A stretch of DNA of 64,000 nt from Octopus vulgaris (taxonomy: Eukaryota): positions 248,001 through 312,000 of the forward strand of contig OX597819.1 in assembly GCA_951406725.2 (NCBI GenBank), written 5' to 3'. The notes under the pieces were generated by a model. That model saw only the letters and a program-made list of their open reading frames with translations, made no database searches and was not told where the DNA came from. The position numbers and the translations under genes are program-made. Positions within the stretch are counted from its first letter, which is position 1. Each line of letters opens with the position of its first letter. Positions 35,907 to 48,989 of this stretch are shown in pieces.

Positions 35907-36612
35907 AGGCAGTGAGCTGGCAGAATCGTTAGCTGGCCAGACAAAATACTCATTCTGAGTGAAGTCAACTTTGCCTTTCATCCTTTCAGGGTTGATTGAA
36001 ACACCCATGCCAACTTTCCTTCATTGGACACTAAACTCTGCTTACGAAGACCTGTTGGGGCAAGTGAAATCGAAATTGAACCAAATTCGATGACTGGCAC
36101 CCATGCCAGTGGAGCACTAACAGCTCCATCCAAGTGGGATCACTGCCAGAGCTGCTCTGCTGGTGGCGTAAAAAGCATCATTTGAGCGTGATCATTACCA
36201 GCGTTGCCTTACTGGCACATGAACAAGACATTTGAGCAAGGTCGTTGCCAGTGCCGCTGGACTGACTCCTGTGCAAGTGGCACGTAAAAAACATCATTTG
36301 AGCATGGCCATTGCCAGTACCGCCTGACTGGCCCTCATGCCAGTGGCATGTAAAAGCACCCACTACACTCTCAGAGTGGTTGGCGTTAGGAAGAGCATCC
36401 AGCTGTAGAAACTCTGCCAAATCAGATTGGAGCCTGGTGCAACCATCTGGTTCACCAGTCCTCAGTCAAATTGTCCAACCCATGCTAGCATGGAAAGCAG
36501 ACGTTAAATGATGATGATGATGATGATGAGCACTGGGGTCGATGAAATCACCTAGGTCCCCCCCAACTCCCCAAAAAGACAATTTCAGGTCTTGTTTCTT
36601 AGTAGAAAGGAT
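35907..36612 (+). mobile_element. SINE family C interrupted by a long SINE family B copy (36001-36528)
   Basis: ggcagtgagctggcagaatcg head and gcctttcatcctttcagggttgat. The sequence resumes as gagcactggggtcgat after the (gat)n tail of the insert. Confidence 0.75.
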
Positions 36613-37769
36613 TATCACAAATCCAAAGGATGCTGGAAACTGGCAGAATCATGACCATACCAAACAAAATGCTTGGCAGGATTTCTTTGTATTTTACATC
36701 CTGAACTCAAATTCCACTGAGGCTAACTTTGCCTTTCATCCTTTCATGGTCAATAAAATAACCAACTTCTTTCCTTCCCTTAAAATTAAGATTTCATATC
36801 CAACGAAGCTAAACAGCATTTTTAAATTCAAATAAATTTTTTTCTTTCTTTTAATCTACTTCAAATACAGTTTAACTTTCTAATGACAAAAGCAATAAAG
36901 TATTAGCTATTCAGCTAAAGAGTTGCAAGACTTTGCCCTATACTGTATTGTGTCCTATATAAAATACAGTCTATGTGAGAACTGAGTGGTAGAATGATGC
37001 TTTAAGATAAGACCTTGAAATTTAGGGTTTTATGATGGAATCGTCACAGGATAAAACAGGATGCCATATGAAGCCTCATTTCTTTAAAATCCATTTCAAG
37101 CATTTTTGTGGTCTCCAAACACTACATTTTGACAAAGTCATCTTCACTGTTTAACATCCACTTTTCTATGCTTGCATGGATTGAATATAATTTGTTTAGG
37201 CAGATTTTCAACAGCCAGGTACCCTTCCTGTCACCAACCCTCACCTAAGTAAGGTATTATTATGCCTTGTAAGTTTGGAAACAAAGGACACTGTTTACAT
37301 GATGCCAAAACACTTACCTACAACCATCACATGATGACATGGCATGAAGACATTAACACACACACACACACACACAATGGGCTTCTCTAGGTTTTTATAT
37401 ACTAAACCTACTGACATGGCTTTGGCCAGCTTGGACCTATAGTAGAAAACATTTGTCCAAAGTGTCGTGCAGTGGGACTAAACTTAAAACTGTGTGTTTG
37501 TGAAACAAACTTCTTACTACACAGCCATGCCTGCACCTAACTAAGAGTGCTAACTATAAAATAGTACTTCTGACTTAATAAGATGAAGATTTATTACTCA
37601 TTCCCTTAACATTGAGGACAGAGTTCAGTATTAACCTTTATGAATCCTTTGAAGTTTTTGGATAGATTTTTTTTACACTTTTTCAAGATATTTCACTAAA
37701 AGTTTATTTTAATGCAGAAACTTAACTTTTTTTTATAAAGCAAATGGATGGTTTTTAATAGAGACGTAC

Positions 37770-37803
37770 TTGTATAGCAACTATTTTGAATTGAGATTGT
37801 GTG
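37770..37803 (-). CDS. Tentative exon of a second minus-strand gene (TQSQFKIVAIQ)
   Basis: ttttagtttcag acceptor, gtacgt donor. Phase 2->0 fits the 39811 exon. Confidence 0.3.
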
Positions 37804-38107
37804 CTGAAACTAAAACCATTGCAGCATGGAAGACATGAGTTAGTCAGTCAGAATCACACGAAGGCCATTAACTTCTCTTAAACATTTATTCATAAATGGA
37901 TGTTTTGAAGGTAATTTGAAAATACTTTTCAAGAATATATTTTGAGTTTTGCAAACTTAAACATTACTAGAGCTCAAATATTCAGATTATGTGGGTCTGC
38001 TATTGCTTACTGAACAAAGAGAAAAATATTACCCACTTATATAATCACATTTGGAGAAAGTACATAAATTTTACTTAATTGTTTGATGTTTTCTGCATAA
38101 GTCTTTA

Positions 38108-38335
38108 ATCATCATCATCATCATCATCATTTAACATCTACATTCCATGCTGGTATGGGTTGGATGGCTTGACAGGAACTGGTATGGCAAGGGGCCACAC
38201 CAGGCTCCATAACCTGTTTTGAATTAGTTTCTATGGCTTGCATGCCTTTCCTAACACCAATCACTCTACAGAGCGTACTGGATGCTTTTTAAGTGGCACC
38301 AGTCCCCACACCAATGCTTTTTTATGTAGCACCTT
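38108..38335 (-). mobile_element. SINE family B
   Basis: (atc)n tail followed by ttaacatctacattccatgctgg... Confidence 0.8.
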
Positions 38336-38552
38336 GGTTTAGGATCTCAATTCTGTTGTGGTGGGCAGGTTGTCTGGAGTACAACAATGTGCTACATATA
38401 TTGGTCTGTATTCATTATTCTGTGTTTATAACACTAACAGTTTTAAGTTTATAATAATTGTGACCAAAAAATATAATTCACTTAGAAAAGTCATTTTCTT
38501 GAAATTTCTCACACACTCAGGCGATTGGTATTTTCTATTTAAAGCTTTAAGA

Positions 38553-39077
38553 TAGGGGTCAGCGAACCTGGGTAAATTATCCCAAGTGGGGTAAAAATGA
38601 AATTCTTGGGTGTAATGAGGACTCATTAGACATAAGTAAAATTATATAAAAGACACATTCCTTGTTATGACAAATTTTTCTCCTGATATGAGAAATCAGT
38701 CAAAAAGTTGTTACCTTTTGCAACATAAAAACAAAGAAGAATAAACAATTGGACCCCGAAGACTGTATCCAAATTGCTCTTGCATCAAAATGCCCCGATT
38801 TTGATGTAATTATAACGAAAATGAAACATCATTTCTCCAAAACCTGAAATGAAAAAGTTTCTAGAAAAATCCTTTTGTTTCATAATAAGGATTTTACTTT
38901 ACTCTATCGTATTTGTTTTATACTTTTTATATTTATAATTGTATTCTCCATATAAATAGATTCAATAAAGCTTTCGAATTCAAAGAATATATTTTCTTCC
39001 TTTCAAATCAAGGGGGTAACATCAGCATAAATAAATATATTTGGGGGTAATTGGTTAAAAAAGTTCCCCAACCACTG
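38553..39077 (+). mobile_element. Non-autonomous hAT (Charlie/Buster-like) element with a transposase C-terminal remnant
   Basis: Ends taggggtcagcgaac / gttccccaaccactg. Remnant KTKKNKQLDPEDCIQIALASKCPDFD. Confidence 0.75.
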
Positions 39078-39810
39078 CTATAAAAAAAAAATCATTCTTT
39101 TTCTCTTTTTCTAATGAAAGTCTTCTATAGTTTTAAGAACAGAATATCTAAGCATAATTCATAAAATAAAAATATAACAATTGTACTGCAGACATTTCCA
39201 GTCTTCCATGAAAATATGTCTGAACATTGGGAAATATTTATCATCTTACTTGGAGTCAAGTGAGGGCTGGTGATAGTAAAGGTATCTATCTGGCAGCAGA
39301 AAATGTGCTTTAACAAATTCTGCCTGACCTAAGAAAGCATAAAAAGGTGGACATTAAAACAACGATGATGATGATGAAGAAGATGACAACAACGATGACA
39401 AAGAATATATTTAGAGAAAATGGGTTGTGAAAAAGTAAGTCAAAGAGATTTGAAATCTAGGTTTACTGAATCAAAACATTGGCCAAATGCCAGGTATTCT
39501 ACTGGGATCATAATATAAATGTTCTTGTCTAAAATGCCAAGTGATATTTATATTATTCATTTTATCATTAGAGTGAATAACTCTTTATTTTTGACATATT
39601 TCCTATATAAGCTACAAAATCTATGTTCCGTTTTAACATCTTAGGCCAATAACATCCTTTAGTAACATCTTATCGTTAATGTAAGTAAAACATTTTAAGA
39701 AAAATGTAACATTCCAGGAAGAGAGTTGTTAAGTGAGTAGTCCTGTGGTGCAAATATAAAGAAAATCTTTATGGTACAGCCAAACATTTTATGCCAAATA
39801 TAAATGTTAC

Positions 39811-39851
39811 TTGTACAGAAATTTCTTCATTTCTTCAAGTCCTTTAAAGTC
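39811..39851 (-). CDS. Tentative exon of a second minus-strand gene (DFKGLEEMKKFLY)
   Basis: cacttttatctcag acceptor, gtaaca donor, 41 nt. Only one frame is open (phase 0->2). Confidence 0.4.
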
Positions 39852-40027
39852 CTGAGATAAAAGTGAAATAATTGATATTATACAAGGAACAAATGAAGTT
39901 AATATGATACTTTTATATATACCTAACAGATCTATTTGACCAATACTTCCCAAAATAGTGGTATCAAGCTAAGACATTTAATCAGTATTCCTAGCTGTGA
40001 TTAATCCCTATTGTGAAATATCTTTTA

Positions 40028-40218
40028 TATTTTACTTGTTTCAGTCATTTGATTGCAGCCATGCTGGAGCACCTCCCTGACGATTTTTAGTCAAATGAAT
40101 CAACCCCAGGATAAATTTTTTTAAGCCTAGTACTTATTCTATCAGTTTTTTTGTGCCAAACCACTAAGTTATGGGGATATAAACACACCAACACCAGGTG
40201 TCAAGTGGTTGTGGGAGA

Positions 40219-40268
<50 letters not shown>

Positions 40269-40415
40269 GGAGGTCTTTCAGTTTCCATCTACCAAATTCA
40301 TTCACAAAGCTTTGGTCAGCTATAGTAAAAAACACTTGCTCTAAGTGCCATGCAGTGAGATTGAACCTAGAACTATGCAGTTGGGAAGCAAGCTTCTTAC
40401 CACATAGTCACACTT
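40028..40415 (-). mobile_element. SINE family A
   Basis: Homologous to the other family A copies, with an internal (CA)n. Confidence 0.85.
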
Positions 40416-40639
40416 GTGGTGCATTGCTGTACTCAAGAAGACCCACCCACCACAACAGAATTGATGGTGCTGCTGCCACAAACAAAAGCACAAGGTAGGG
40501 TTAGGGTTAGGCTGTAGAAACCGAGCCAAAACAGACTATGGAAGCTGGTATGGCCCCTGGCCTTGCCAGTTCCTGTCAAGCCGTCCATTTCATGCCAGCA
40601 TGGAAAACGAACATGAAATGTTGATGATGATGATGATAT

Positions 40640-41146
40640 ATATATATAACTAATGTAGGATAAAATTTTTTTCGGGAAAAAATTTTTATCAATGGCCAGC
40701 ATATCAAAAAATACCTTTAAAGGTTAAATTTATAAATAATTTACAAAATTAGGGCGAAAGAAAAATTCTAATGCCAAATATGCCGAAAAAAAGACAAAAA
40801 TTGTCAATGACCATTATAATTTATGCATCTTGAAACAAACCGATGGAAATTTCTAAAAAAATCCGTTATTACCATATTGGTCCCAATTTCGGGGTTAATT
40901 CATAAGAATTTTCCCTTCTTCAGCGATAAATACGTGAGATTTAAGTGAAATACTCATACCCATGGAAAAAGCAAGCACCAAGTCCTGAGCAGACCTAAGT
41001 ACCCCAAATATATCCAAAATAGAAAATCTTTGGCATGTCTCGAGACATGTGTGATTCGAACTAGAAACTTTCACAGAGTGAGAGAATCCGGAAGTGAACA
41101 CTATTCAATTTATAAATTATTTATATATTTAAATATGTAAATCATT

Positions 41147-41150
<4 letters not shown>
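40640..41150 (-). mobile_element. PLE pLTR-like segment with a hammerhead motif at 40869-40929
   Basis: Minus strand reads ttatcg-CTGAAGA-aggg...cccc-GAAA-ttgg-ga-ccaa-TA-tggtaa. Flanked by (TA)n. Confidence 0.65.
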
Positions 41151-41190
<40 letters not shown>

Positions 41191-41471
41191 CATGTGAAGG
41201 CACATGGCGCAGTGTATATATATATATAATACATTATATATATACATGTATATATACCTCGTTCAGAGATTTGTTATTGTGTATATATATATATATATTG
41301 CAAATAAGAAAATGGAGGAGCACAATAGTTGGTTCATCAACTTTAGGACATTAAAAATGTTAACTTATTTATTTATTAAATTGATAATTATAATAACATA
41401 CATACATATAGCATATTATTCTTATATATATACATACATACATACACACACACATATATATATATATATAC

Positions 41472-41808
41472 ATGTGAAGGTGCATGGCTCAGTGGTTAGA
41501 GCGTCAAACTTATGATTGTGATGTTGTGAGTTCGAATCCCAGACTGGGCTGTGTGTTGTGTTCTTGAGCAAGACACTTTATTTCATGTTGCTCCAGTTCA
41601 CTCAGCTGTAGAAATGAGTTGCGACATCACAGGTGCCAAGCTGTATCGGCCCCTTTGCCTTTCCCTTGGATAACATCAGTGGTATGGAGAGGGGAGGCTG
41701 GTATGCATGGGCGACTGCTGGTCTTTAATAAACAACCTTGCCTGGACTTGTGCCTTGGAGGGTAACTTTCTAGGTGCAATCCCATGGTCAGTCATGACTG
41801 AAGGGGGT
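41472..41808 (+). mobile_element. SINE family D (tRNA-derived)
   Basis: A box tggctcagtggttagagc and B box gagttcgaatccc. Homologous to 56848-57160. Confidence 0.85.
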
Positions 41809-41889
41809 TTCAGCATATATACATATGCATATATAAACATAGTGCATGTGTGTGTATGTATGTGCATGTATGCATGTGCGTACATATAC

Positions 41890-43620
41890 ATATATATATA
41901 TGGTGGTTGTCTACTCCTTATGCAGAGTCTGATCACCTCTTGTACCTACACCTTAGATCCATCATGGCGTCTGATGTGGTTTTTAAACCAATGTATTGAA
42001 AAGACACTCACATAGATTGTATATCTGATTTGGACCACCAAGAGCTGCAGTTAAGTTCTGGTTTTTGTGGGTCTTAAAATATCTTTTGAGACCTCCATCA
42101 GATTTACTGACCTTATGGCATACACAGCATTGGAAGGTGTGCACAGATATATAGGCAGAATAGTTGGTGGAGGTTCATTTTTCATGGGTCCTCAAATGAG
42201 ATTGCAGCCCAGCAAAAGAAAGGCATGGTCTGTCACAAACTGTGCACACAAAAAGGTCACTGAGGTTCTCAATCACAACATTCTTCTTTAAATCCCTCTT
42301 GAGTCTTGTATGTGTTATCCTGATCTCCTCAAATGCTTTCACTCCACTCTACATTTTTGTTTGCTGTCCAGCTTGATCCAAAGCAAGGACTTCTATTGTC
42401 TTTGGAGCTATTCCGAGTGACTTTATGGTAGTCCTTAAACCTCTTTTTCGGTTTACATCAATTGGGTTTCCCCTCTCCAAGCTCACCGTATATATATATA
42501 TATATAAATTAATGGTCACTTCCATCAATTTTGATTTATGAGTGTTTGAAGGAGTGGATTAAAAGAAAGAAAAAAGGGTAAAAATAAAAGTTGCTGCATC
42601 TATTTGTGATGGATGTGTGAATGTAATTTAACTCCTGGTATGGATTTTGCTATGAAGTCACAATGAGGATACTGATGATTTTGATTTTGCCTAGGGTTGG
42701 ACAAATGTCTTTGTTGATTGTAGAATATAATTCTTTTATTGTTCTGTTTCTTCAACTCAAATTGTTTTGATGCATCATAACACATTTTACTCCATGAAGA
42801 CAGATATAGGCAATAACTTTCCCAAGATGCCAAATTAAGCAGTAGAGATTTAAGTGATTGCTTCAACTTATCCTTATACCAAAGGATGGGTATTCCTTGA
42901 TTGTGGTATCCCATTACTTATTGGCCTTAAAAAGAATTTTCAGAATGTGATCATCTGTCATTCAAACATGTCCTAACTATCTGCACTGAATTCTCAGCAG
43001 CATGCTTTTGATACTAGTGATTTCTAGGGTTTTGACATTTGATATTTTATCTTGTCATTTTATATTGCAGATATTACACAGTTAGAACACATGAAAGGTT
43101 TCAAGTTTCTTTATATGCCTCTGCCTCATACAGAAATATGCTCAAAATACAAGATTTGTTTACACTTATGTTGGTTTTCAGATTGACAATGTATTCATCC
43201 CACAAATGGTGGAAAAGTTTTCCAGAAGCACTTGGTAGCCTTAGATATTCTAATACTGATTTTGTTATCAAGATTATTCTTAAAGTTTTCTGTACTTCCA
43301 AGATATTTAAATGACCCGACCCATATGAGTGGCTCATTATTAATCATCACATTTGAATCATCACATTTGAATCTTGCATATGTTCTGTCCCAGGATTTGA
43401 TTGGAATAAAACTTCAGACTTCTTGATACTGTTAGTCTGTCCAAATGCACAAGGTGCTGCAACAAACCTGATGACTAATTCTTGAATTTCCTCAAATGTA
43501 TGAGAAATCAAAGAACAATCACCAGCAAACAGAAAATCACATAGAATCTCTTCCTTGATTTTTATCTTTGATCTGGAATTTTGCCCTTTTAGGTTTAGCA
43601 GAACTGCTGTGCAAAACTAA
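41890..43620 (-). mobile_element. Two adjacent RTE (BovB-like) LINE 3' fragments
   Basis: ORF 42600-42914 (G.P.LWYKDKLKQSLK...SWE...C...HSHIH) resembles an RTE C-terminus with a zinc finger. A similar fragment lies at 41890-42490. Confidence 0.7.
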
Positions 43621-43635
43621 ATTTCTCTCTCTCCC

Positions 43636-43830
43636 TCTTTCTGTATATATATATGTCACACTCTTTTCCAACTTCTTAATGACTTCAAAATGACTGTCCC
43701 TGAGGTTCTCCTTCCACTTAGAGAACAACCAAAAGTTACAGGAAGCAAGATCTGACTTCTGGGAGGGTGAAGGACAGTATTGATGCCCATCTCTGTCAAG
43801 TAGTTGGTTACCAGGATAGAACAGTGGCAA
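43636..43830 (-). mobile_element. mariner (DD34D) transposase C-terminal fragment
   Basis: TNYLTEMGINTVLHPP / SDLASCNFWLFSKWKENLRDSHF. Confidence 0.75.
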
Positions 43831-44800
43831 GAAATATTTAGTAGGCCTGCCAACGATGTCCAAGCCTGGTGGGTACCTGGTCGGCAAACGGAGAATTTCA
43901 TGCTTCTAAAACGAATTTCCTCTGTTTTGGAGTTTAAAAAGGTCCCTGGGTCAAATAAATCTTTCAGGATTCTTGCTTTTACCACTATGTAAAGCTTATA
44001 TTATTTTCTCCCATTGAGGTATGGCCCTGGTTCTTCTTGAAGCCTCCATTTAATTATGTATGGCATACCCTCCTTCTTTAAAGGTCTCATGTAGCTGGTC
44101 ATGGATGTGATGTTGCACTTCTCTGGTATCCTAAATGAGGAGCTGTAGTTGTTCAGTCAATGCTTCAACAGGTTGCTTGTAGATGAAACATATTTGTGTA
44201 TCTGTGCTCTTGTGTTGATGCTGTTGTCTGATGCTGCTGTCACTGCTGGGCCCATTTCTGATGTTGCTGCTGTTACTGCTACCACTGTTGCTGCCACTGG
44301 TGCAACTGCTGGCATTGCTGCCTTTGTTGCTGCTATTGCTGGATCCAATCCTGGTGCTGCAGATGCTGCCAACAAGGCTGTTGTTGCTGCCACTACCAGA
44401 TGCATTGTTGGTGCTGTTGTTGCTTAGTTACTATCAAATTGGATGTTGTATCTGCTGCTGTTACTTGACTCACTGTTGATGTAACAGCTGCCATCACCAT
44501 TGCAATTGCTGTCCTCATAGGATGTGTTGTTGGTGCCAACACTACTGCTGTGTTCACCAGTGCTGGTCACCACCTCAGCTTTATACACTGCACAAGAGGA
44601 AATTCCTGTTGAAAGCATGAAGTTACACGTTTGTGGAACTAGGTAAATCCTGAAAGTCTCAGACAGCTCCAACAAGCCTGTTATAGCTGAACTGTTACAG
44701 GTCTAAGGGGTATCTAAGAGAAATAACTCCATCTTGCCCTAGACTTTGCCAGTGGAGTTTCATCCTGGAATTTTTCTGTTTACAAAATTAACTAACCGTA
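43830..44800 (-). mobile_element. Possible LINE 5'UTR/ORF1 relic with an Ala/Thr-rich (GCA)-like low-complexity tract
   Basis: Degenerate ORFs 43656-43985, 44157-44405 and 44424-44675 lie colinear upstream of the RTE fragments. Confidence 0.35.
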
Positions 44801-44974
44801 ACATTTTCCTTTCTCCAGTTGTAGATGTGAAACCAATGGTCACTCTCTGACCAGCCATAACAAACAACCTTCTAAATATTACTACTCTAAGGTTTTAGAG
44901 TCTACTTCTTTTTTGGATATATAAACTACTGGCTGATATATATATATATACTATATATATATATATATATATAT

Positions 44975-45260
44975 ATAGTATATAAGTAAAAGGGCAGGCA
45001 ACAGGTTGTCCTGCCGCATACCGAAAGAATTAGAAATAGCAGTCAGAGACTGTTTATTTCCATTTTCTACAAGTGGGGGCTCCATATACGACATAACCCT
45101 GCAATTCACATATGCAAAATCGGAGTAGTAAATAAAGGAAAACAATCCCTTACCGTTAATGGTGAACATGTTTCTAGATCATAGGCGAGAAATTGCCTAA
45201 TGTCTTTCTTTAGCACCATCTTCATTAGATTTATCAAATGCCACCAGGCGTCATCAAATA
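44975..45260 (-). mobile_element. PLE pLTR-like segment with a mutated hammerhead motif at 45158-45220
   Basis: gatggtg-CTAAAGA-..cattaggc...gcctatg..-GAAA-catg-TT-caccatt, between two (TA)n tracts. Confidence 0.6.
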
Positions 45261-45646
45261 CATATATATATATATATATATATATGTATTTAAAAAATTT
45301 CACTGAAACACAACAAATGGAAAATTTGTAGCTAATTCCTCATCAGTCAATATCCAAAAGATTCTTAAAATTCTGTGTCTTTAACATTGATATTGTTCAC
45401 TTATGGTGGTGCTGGTGACAGAAAACCACTAGGAATAGCTAACAAACATACAGGACAATGATGAAAACAAACATGACAGGATAAAATAATTATATACATA
45501 CAATGAAAACTGTCTTTACAGCTACAATATTTGTATGTATATATATATATCAAAGTACAGGTGAAGATATAAACCTCAGAAGGATAAAAATATCTAAGAT
45601 TTGATTGGTTGAATGTCTAACAATATAGGCACATACATATATATTA

Positions 45647-46010
45647 TCTATAATATAAATTGGACATGGGCGATTGTTGTATTCTTTCTTGTCTTGAGGT
45701 TCACAGCCAAACGGCTGGCTGGATTCGTGTGAAAAATGGCACACATGTGCAGACGGGTACATACATTCGAATGCTGTTTGTATTTTTTTCCTGGCCCCCA
45801 TACTTACCGAGAAAATCGATTAAAACTTTTTCTAATGGAACTCCCCTGTTTGTTCTGCCATTAAAACAAACAGTTGCTCACACAGCCAACATATACCATT
45901 TCGCTAGCAAAGGGAGTACAGGATGACAGTCAGCCAAAACTTTCGCTAGGCTGTCTCTCTTCTTCTCTCTCACATACACACATGCAAGCAGGCATACACA
46001 CACATTCGCA

Positions 46011-46087
<77 letters not shown>

Positions 46088-46413
46088 CCATTTCATATTT
46101 CTTCTTTCATTTCTGCTCTCTGCAAATAAATTTTTTTACCGATACAACTGCTTACAAAATAGGGATTGATGTATAATTTTTTTTTATGTTCATAATTAAA
46201 TCAATGTTTTGATGATTAGACCAATAGAATAGCTCTCAGAAACAGACTACGTACAAATTCTTTCTTCACAACTCCTGAAGCTGTTTTCTGACAATCAAAA
46301 CAGGGGACCCAAAATGATATGGTTGAGAAACGCTGTTATAGATTATGCCTAACCGAAAACGATCACAGTCACATCACCCAAACAGACCGGGTGAAACCGG
46401 GCTTAGCTGCTAG
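45647..46413 (+). mobile_element. Probable non-autonomous Helitron of a different family
   Basis: A|TCTATAATATAAA start and ccgggtgaaaccggg...ctgCTAG|T end. Contains an internal (CA)n and a hAT end fragment. Confidence 0.5.
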
Positions 46414-46439
46414 TTAATATTATGAAGATCAAGAGAGAA

Positions 46440-46630
46440 GATAGAGATAAGATTAATAAAAGTTTATTAATACATTAACAAGACCAGACCTACAAGTGTT
46501 TCAATTCATTAATTGCAGCATAAAATCAACCAAATTTAATTTTTGTTGATTTTATCCTGCAATTAATGAATTGAAACCGTTGTAGGTCTGTTTGTGTCAA
46601 TGTATTAACCTTATCTCCATTTTCTCACTT
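46440..46630. repeat. Fold-back inverted repeat, probably a PLE terminus
   Basis: cagacctacaa..tttcaattcattaattgcag.ataaaatcaac is mirrored across about 46535. Confidence 0.7.
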
Positions 46631-46648
46631 GGTATATTTATATATATA

Positions 46649-47135
46649 TCTCTTATTATAAAAGGCAGATTTTATCTGCCTCCCTTTGTAAGTTATAGAA
46701 ATCTACAATATAGGATTTCTTCAATTACAATTTACCTTGCATTTTTAAGAGTACAATGCATCGCGTCATGCCAGGTCCAGTTTTTAAAATTTAAACTCCA
46801 ATTAAGCAAAATTTACAGAAAACTCACATTCTGGTGTGTGTGTCAAATGCTTTTCTTAGTCTGGTTTACAGCACACGCAAACGCACACACACAGTGGGCA
46901 ACGAATAAAATGAAAGTAATTGACTTACTGTAGTGAGTGATTCTTTCACTCTGCCTCCCACTTCCTCTTTCCACACATACACACGCAAATATATAAATAA
47001 AATTGTAAGCTAACGTGCATGTGTGTGAGTGGGTGTGTGTGGGTGTGCGCGCGTGTGTGTGTGTGAGGGTGCGTGTGTGTGTGTGTGCGTGTGCGTGAGT
47101 GTGTGACAGGAAAGTTTTTTACGACGAATATAACA
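46649..47135 (+). mobile_element. 3'-truncated Helitron, same family as 55079-56755
   Basis: The first approximately 275 bp are nearly identical to 55079-55350. Confidence 0.8.
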
Positions 47136-47158
47136 CCTATATCCAAGTAGCAGAAAGA

Positions 47159-47637
47159 TAAGACAGTAAGGTGTGATTTGAGGGAGATTTGGCTGCTATT
47201 TCTACCATGTCTAGCTGCCATGTAGGGGTCTCCCTCATAGGCTCATACATACATATATACATAGATAAGACAGTAAGGTGTGATTTGGGGGAAATTTGGC
47301 TGCTATTTCTACCAGGTCTAGCTGCCATGTAGGGGTCTCCCTCATAGGCTCATACATACATATATACATAGATAAGACAGTAAGGTGTGATTTGGGGGAA
47401 ATTTGGCTGCTATTTCTACCAGGTCTAGCTGCCATGTAGCGGTCTCCCTCATAGGCTCATACATACATATATACATAGATAAGACAGTAAGGTGTGATTT
47501 GGGGGAAATTTGGCTGCTATTTCTACCAGGTCTAGCTACCATGTAGAGGTCCCCCTCATTGGCTCATATATATATACATACATAAGACAGTAAGGTGTGA
47601 TTTGAGGGAGATTTGGCTGCTGTTTCTACCAGGTCTG
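47159..47637. repeat. Tandem array, 107-bp unit x about 4.5, derived from a dispersed repeat fragment
   Basis: taagacagtaaggtgtgatttg...ggctgctatttctacc recurs at about 47160, 47266, 47373, 47479 and 47583. Related single copies lie near 25770-25960 and 29300-29460. Confidence 0.9.
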
Positions 47638-48000
47638 TTAGGCCTTCTCATGTAAACTCAAGCTTTCTCATGCCTTGAACATAAAACCAAAGCAGAGAAT
47701 GTATTCTTTTATTCTTCTGCTTTTTCCAGCCATTGGTCTGTGGCCATGCTGGGGCAATGCCTTGAAGAATTGTAGTTTAATGAATCAACTCGTTTTATTT
47801 TTGTAAGCATTGTACTTATTCTATCTGTTTCCTTTGTCAAACCACTAGGTGACAGGGATGTAAACAAACCAACATTCGTTGTCAAGCAGTGGTGGAGGAC
47901 AATCACAAGCACAGACACGCACACACACACACATACATGCATACACATATACACACATACATACATACATACATATATATATATGTGTGTATATATATAT

Positions 48001-48420
48001 TGCAGCGTGGAAGGTGTTTGTAAGCCATTTAAGAAACACACAAAAACCGTTACATTCACTTCAACATTTAAATTTAATTTGCCAAAATATTTTCATCGCT
48101 TTGAGACCGCGACCTGTTCACTGACAAAAATACCATGCTAACAGGTCGCGGTCTCAAAGCGATGAAAATATTTTGACAAATTAAATTTAAATGTTGAAGT
48201 GAATCTCACGGTTTTTGTGTGTTTCTTAAATGGCTTATAAACACCTTCAACGTTGCAACTGTTTTCGTTCCAGCACACGATCTCAGATCAAGCCACTTGC
48301 TATGCAAGTACATCTCTGTAACTATATATATATTTATATATATATATATATATGTATATTGGTAAAAACAGTAAGATAACAAAAGAAAGAAAGAGACCTC
48401 AATATTATGTAAATAGAGGA
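48001..48420. mobile_element. Fold-back PLE terminus (inverted arms of about 118 bp) with a degenerate hammerhead
   Basis: 48001-48118 mirrors 48140-48257. Minus strand reads ttgtca-gtgaaca-ggtcgc...gcgat-GAAA-atat-ttt. Confidence 0.7.
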
Positions 48421-48422
48421 AA

Positions 48423-48814
48423 TCTTTATATATAAAAGTGAGGTTGTGTGTCTGTCTCCTACGATTTAGATTCCTAACTACTCCCACATTTTGCGGTGCA
48501 GTTTAACCAAAACCGGGTATCTTATAGTCGTGATTCATATCGAGACCGTCTGGGTATTAGCGCGCGTCTACGATGAGTCTACGATTTAAAAAAAAATTTA
48601 CCATCAATTTTTCCCATTTTTAATCCATTTTTGACATATATAAGGGAAGTAACTCTCTAAAATTTATTATTAAATCTCAGAACGTAAAAAGCTACAGTAA
48701 CACCCCCCCTTTGTGGTTAGCCATATTGAGATGGCTATTATACTTTACATCTCTAAAAATGCTTATATAATTATTTCCCTTACAAACCCGAGCAACGCCG
48801 GGCGATACTGCTAG
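48423..48814 (+). mobile_element. Non-autonomous Helitron
   Basis: 5' TC, 3' ccgagcaacgccgggcgatactgCTAG, A|T insertion. Confidence 0.85.
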
Positions 48815-48989
48815 TATATATATATAAGCACAAAATAAAGATTACAAACCTCATTCAGAGATGGCAAAATCCTATGAAAGTAGTGGTTAGTTACCCATAC
48901 AAAGAATGTTGAATATTACAGTTACTACTCATCTGCAAGGTAACTATATAAACCATGGTTTATATATATATATAAATATTTATTCATTG

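Noticed and set aside
41478-41550. tRNA-like sequence with A and B boxes (also at 60577 and other SINE heads)
   Set aside because: These are SINE heads with no proper acceptor stem, and they continue into repeat bodies.
44149-44479. Poly-Ala and poly-Leu ORFs resembling a signal peptide or antifreeze-like protein
   Set aside because: Cryptic (GCT)n low complexity keeps several frames open on both strands, and the tract lies among LINE debris.
45153-45230. Apparent minus-strand coding exon MVLKKDIRQFLAYDLETCSPLT with a gtaagg donor
   Set aside because: It coincides exactly with a hammerhead fold inside a (TA)n-flanked PLE-like segment, so it is better explained as repeat sequence.
45800-45900. 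atacttacc, read either as the U1 snRNA 5' end or as a gtaagt donor with an in-frame TGA suggesting a selenoprotein
   Set aside because: The downstream sequence does not match U1, it lies inside a probable Helitron, and there is no CxxU/UxxC motif or SECIS evidence.
47159-47637. Regularly spaced repeats that might suggest a CRISPR array or a repeated peptide gene
   Set aside because: Whole units repeat with no unique spacers, the context is eukaryotic, and there are no cas genes.
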